NCBI RefSeq assembly: GCF_002113885.1
Contig: NW_018403833.1
Span: 186,001-250,000 of the forward strand
Reading direction: 5' to 3'
DNA: 64,000 nucleotides
DNA from: Mizuhopecten yessoensis
Lineage: Eukaryota
Positions 61,611 through 64,000 of this stretch are shown here, piece by piece. The notes below the pieces were generated by a model. That model was not told the origin of the DNA. It worked only from the letters and a program-made list of their open reading frames with translations, and did no database searches. The translations under genes were made by a program, and so were the position numbers. Position 1 is the first letter of the stretch; each line of letters starts with the position of its first letter.

Positions 61611-63710
61611 AAATTTAAGTCAGTAAACCACAGAGATAATCAAAGTAACCTTAAATCACAGTTCAGTCAACCCTTAGCTAAAAATAACAATCAACATTTT
61701 TTCTTTGTGGTTATAATCTAAGAGGTCCTGGGACCATGCAATTACCTGTGGGCCCAGGTGAAAATCACACTTATGCTTAAATAAGAGCAAGTGCAATTTT
61801 CACCTCAGGAGCTGAGGATGGAATCAATAAACAACTTCATATTTAATGATATTTAAAACGCTTAAATTATCAGCCAAAAAATGAAGACTTTCTGTAACCC
61901 TAATAAACATTAACGCTTCTGTGGGGACTAACCACCAAAACTAAATCATTTAGAAACTGCATTCTCCATTCCAAAACAACAATTTCCATTCAAATCTTTC
62001 TTTTATTCCATAATAAGTGTTACAATGATATATCTCCTTGGTTCTGCCTTGGCAATCTTACAATTTTCTCTGTCTGCATGGGTTGTTGTCAGTTAGTGCC
62101 TGACAGGCAATACATAATTAACCTTTTGCCGTGTTCCGGTGGGTCCATGCAATGCCAGCACGTAACTGCTTCACTTTAGTTTTCCTATGTAAAACAACCC
62201 TATTATTTTTAAGCCTTCCTTTTATAAATTCATTCTGAAGAGTCTTACTATTGTATTGTGAGGCAAAAATCTTAATAAACGGCAGGCACTCATTGACATC
62301 AACGGTACACAAGAGAACGACCCAAAGTAGCGTTCATCATTGTAACCGAGGGACTTCCATGCCATCGTTTATACAGATGATGCATAGCACAGACTGGTAG
62401 ATCGCAGAGTCTGTTCTATGTTCGGATGCAGTGACCTTTCCACTTGTATGCCATTTTCTTGATCAAGGTGCGAGAATTGTTGTGTTTTTTTGCTGTGATC
62501 AGCGATATAAAACCTGCATGATCAATATCATGTTCACGCCATTGCCAACATGCCACCATACATACGGACGGGTCATGCATGAGCCAATGCCAATTATCGA
62601 CAAGCATCTAATGCATTATAAAGCCATCACGGCCACTAGGTCTTACTTACTTGGCTTCCTGTATATGTTGTGCCTTCGCCTTCAGGGTCTAAATTAACCC
62701 ATCCATCACAAAAAGCTACACAGAATTACTCATTAGTCCCTTTTGCATAAATCTGGCAAAGAATTTGGCATTTCAGTTGTGTATTGTATGGTCTGTCCCT
62801 GTCAATCTGACCACGACTGAAATCCCATTGTTTCACTAATACAGCTAAGGGCTTTGGTGACAGATTTCGTTTTTGTCTTTCTAAAGCGCTCAAGTATTCT
62901 AGCTCCCAATCCAGCCACCATCTATTCTGGGGTAAAGGTGGCTTTGATGACCAAGGTTTGACTGCATAGGGCAATTAATATTGAATTTCTAAGAAAAACT
63001 ATTTTTGATACCAGAAAATCAACACATTATTTCAGAGAGTGACCACCAAGTCAAACGTTTGTATTAATACATCAACTCATAACACGTAACATTTCTGAAA
63101 ACCTAAGCTGTATGTTCATGATGCTTAAATTTGGACACAGCATCTGTCAGAAGCCATTAATTGCGGTCCATTAACAGTGTGGGTGATTCTACCTCAAATG
63201 ACCATTTCATTACCTCCATCGATTGGGGATGTACCGTTGACCTTTCTAAGCGCACGGAAGACAATGAATAGCTACTGACATTGGATACGGGGCAATTTGC
63301 CAAGAGTATAAGTATTAGGCTACAAAGCAATTGTAATGGAAATGATAATGCATTACTTTTGTCACTGCAGCAAGTCTCTTTACAGATATTGAAACAATGT
63401 TGTATGTCTTTAGGTATTCAACAATTTATATTTAACCCAGCATTTGGGCAAATGAAATGTAAAATAACTTGTCTCATGAATGTAGCAAGAATTTTGTGAT
63501 GTTATAGGCAAAATTCACAGTTAGATGTACACATTTCCATGAGATGCAATGAGGGGTTTCTTACTTTAAGTGCAACTTTGCAACAAGTGTCTTTTTTTAG
63601 TAAACTGGTCTTACAAACTGTTTCTCAAAATTAGCACCACATAATAATCACCACCACCTTCCATCATTTTTTAAAATAATACTAGTTAAAAAAACTATAA
63701 AATGCCACAG

Positions 63711-63801
63711 TTAACTAATTCACCCCTGAAGACACATTTGAACCCTTTCAATTCAAAGGTTGGAATAGTTCATTATCAAATTTCAGGGGTGAATGAGTTA
63801 A
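63711..63801. mobile_element. TTAA MITE
   Basis: Full TIRs, TTAA at both ends. Confidence 0.85.
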
Positions 63802-64000
63802 GCTAGATCAATGCAATGACTTAATTGATTTTTTAGCAAAAAGCAAGATGAAAGGAATTCTATCCTTTCAAAAGTCGAAAATGAGGTTTTTAAAAAAAAT
63901 GCATTTCCCTCAAAAATAGGAAGAGTTGATAAGTATTCCCTGCATGTTCCTAATTACATGGGTTAAAGAAAGGATATTTCTTAACATTTTCTTCAGGTTG

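Noticed and set aside
54800-64000. Nested gene or further AHCYL exons (ORFs 60721..61011 and 62416..62607; exon-like 58715-58810)
   Set aside because: No recognisable homology or consistent splice chain; the expected preceding exon (...WAACNIYSTQ) is not in the window

Overview
AT-rich, intron-containing animal DNA, most consistent with a bivalve mollusc (V-SINE and Helentron/HINE-type repeats; this is an inference). It contains three large N-gaps. Four protein-coding genes were reconstructed by hand from splice sites and reading frame. (1,2) A tandem pair of uncharacterised minus-strand paralogs share one 3-exon design: CARD exon / short linker exon / long coiled-coil exon (about 354 aa and 437 aa). 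(3) A complete plus-strand NRF1 (nuclear respiratory factor 1 / P3A2 / erect wing family) gene has 8 coding exons and about 493 aa. (4) The 3' part of a minus-strand AHCYL1/2 (IRBIT-type adenosylhomocysteinase-like) gene has 12 coding exons in the window, is convergent with NRF1, and its 5' exons lie beyond 64000. The rest is MITEs, HINE elements (one nested), SINEs and many minisatellites. The main candidates are: the CARD-coiled-coil adaptor pair (TRAF-type motif, ISRE-like promoter, conserved 3'UTR tail); an eightfold tandem-amplified AHCYL splice acceptor whose decoys all give a stop codon; two AHCYL endings that encode the same protein; a cluster of NRF1 sites in the NRF1 promoter; and minisatellites built from ERE-like or DR4-like elements.
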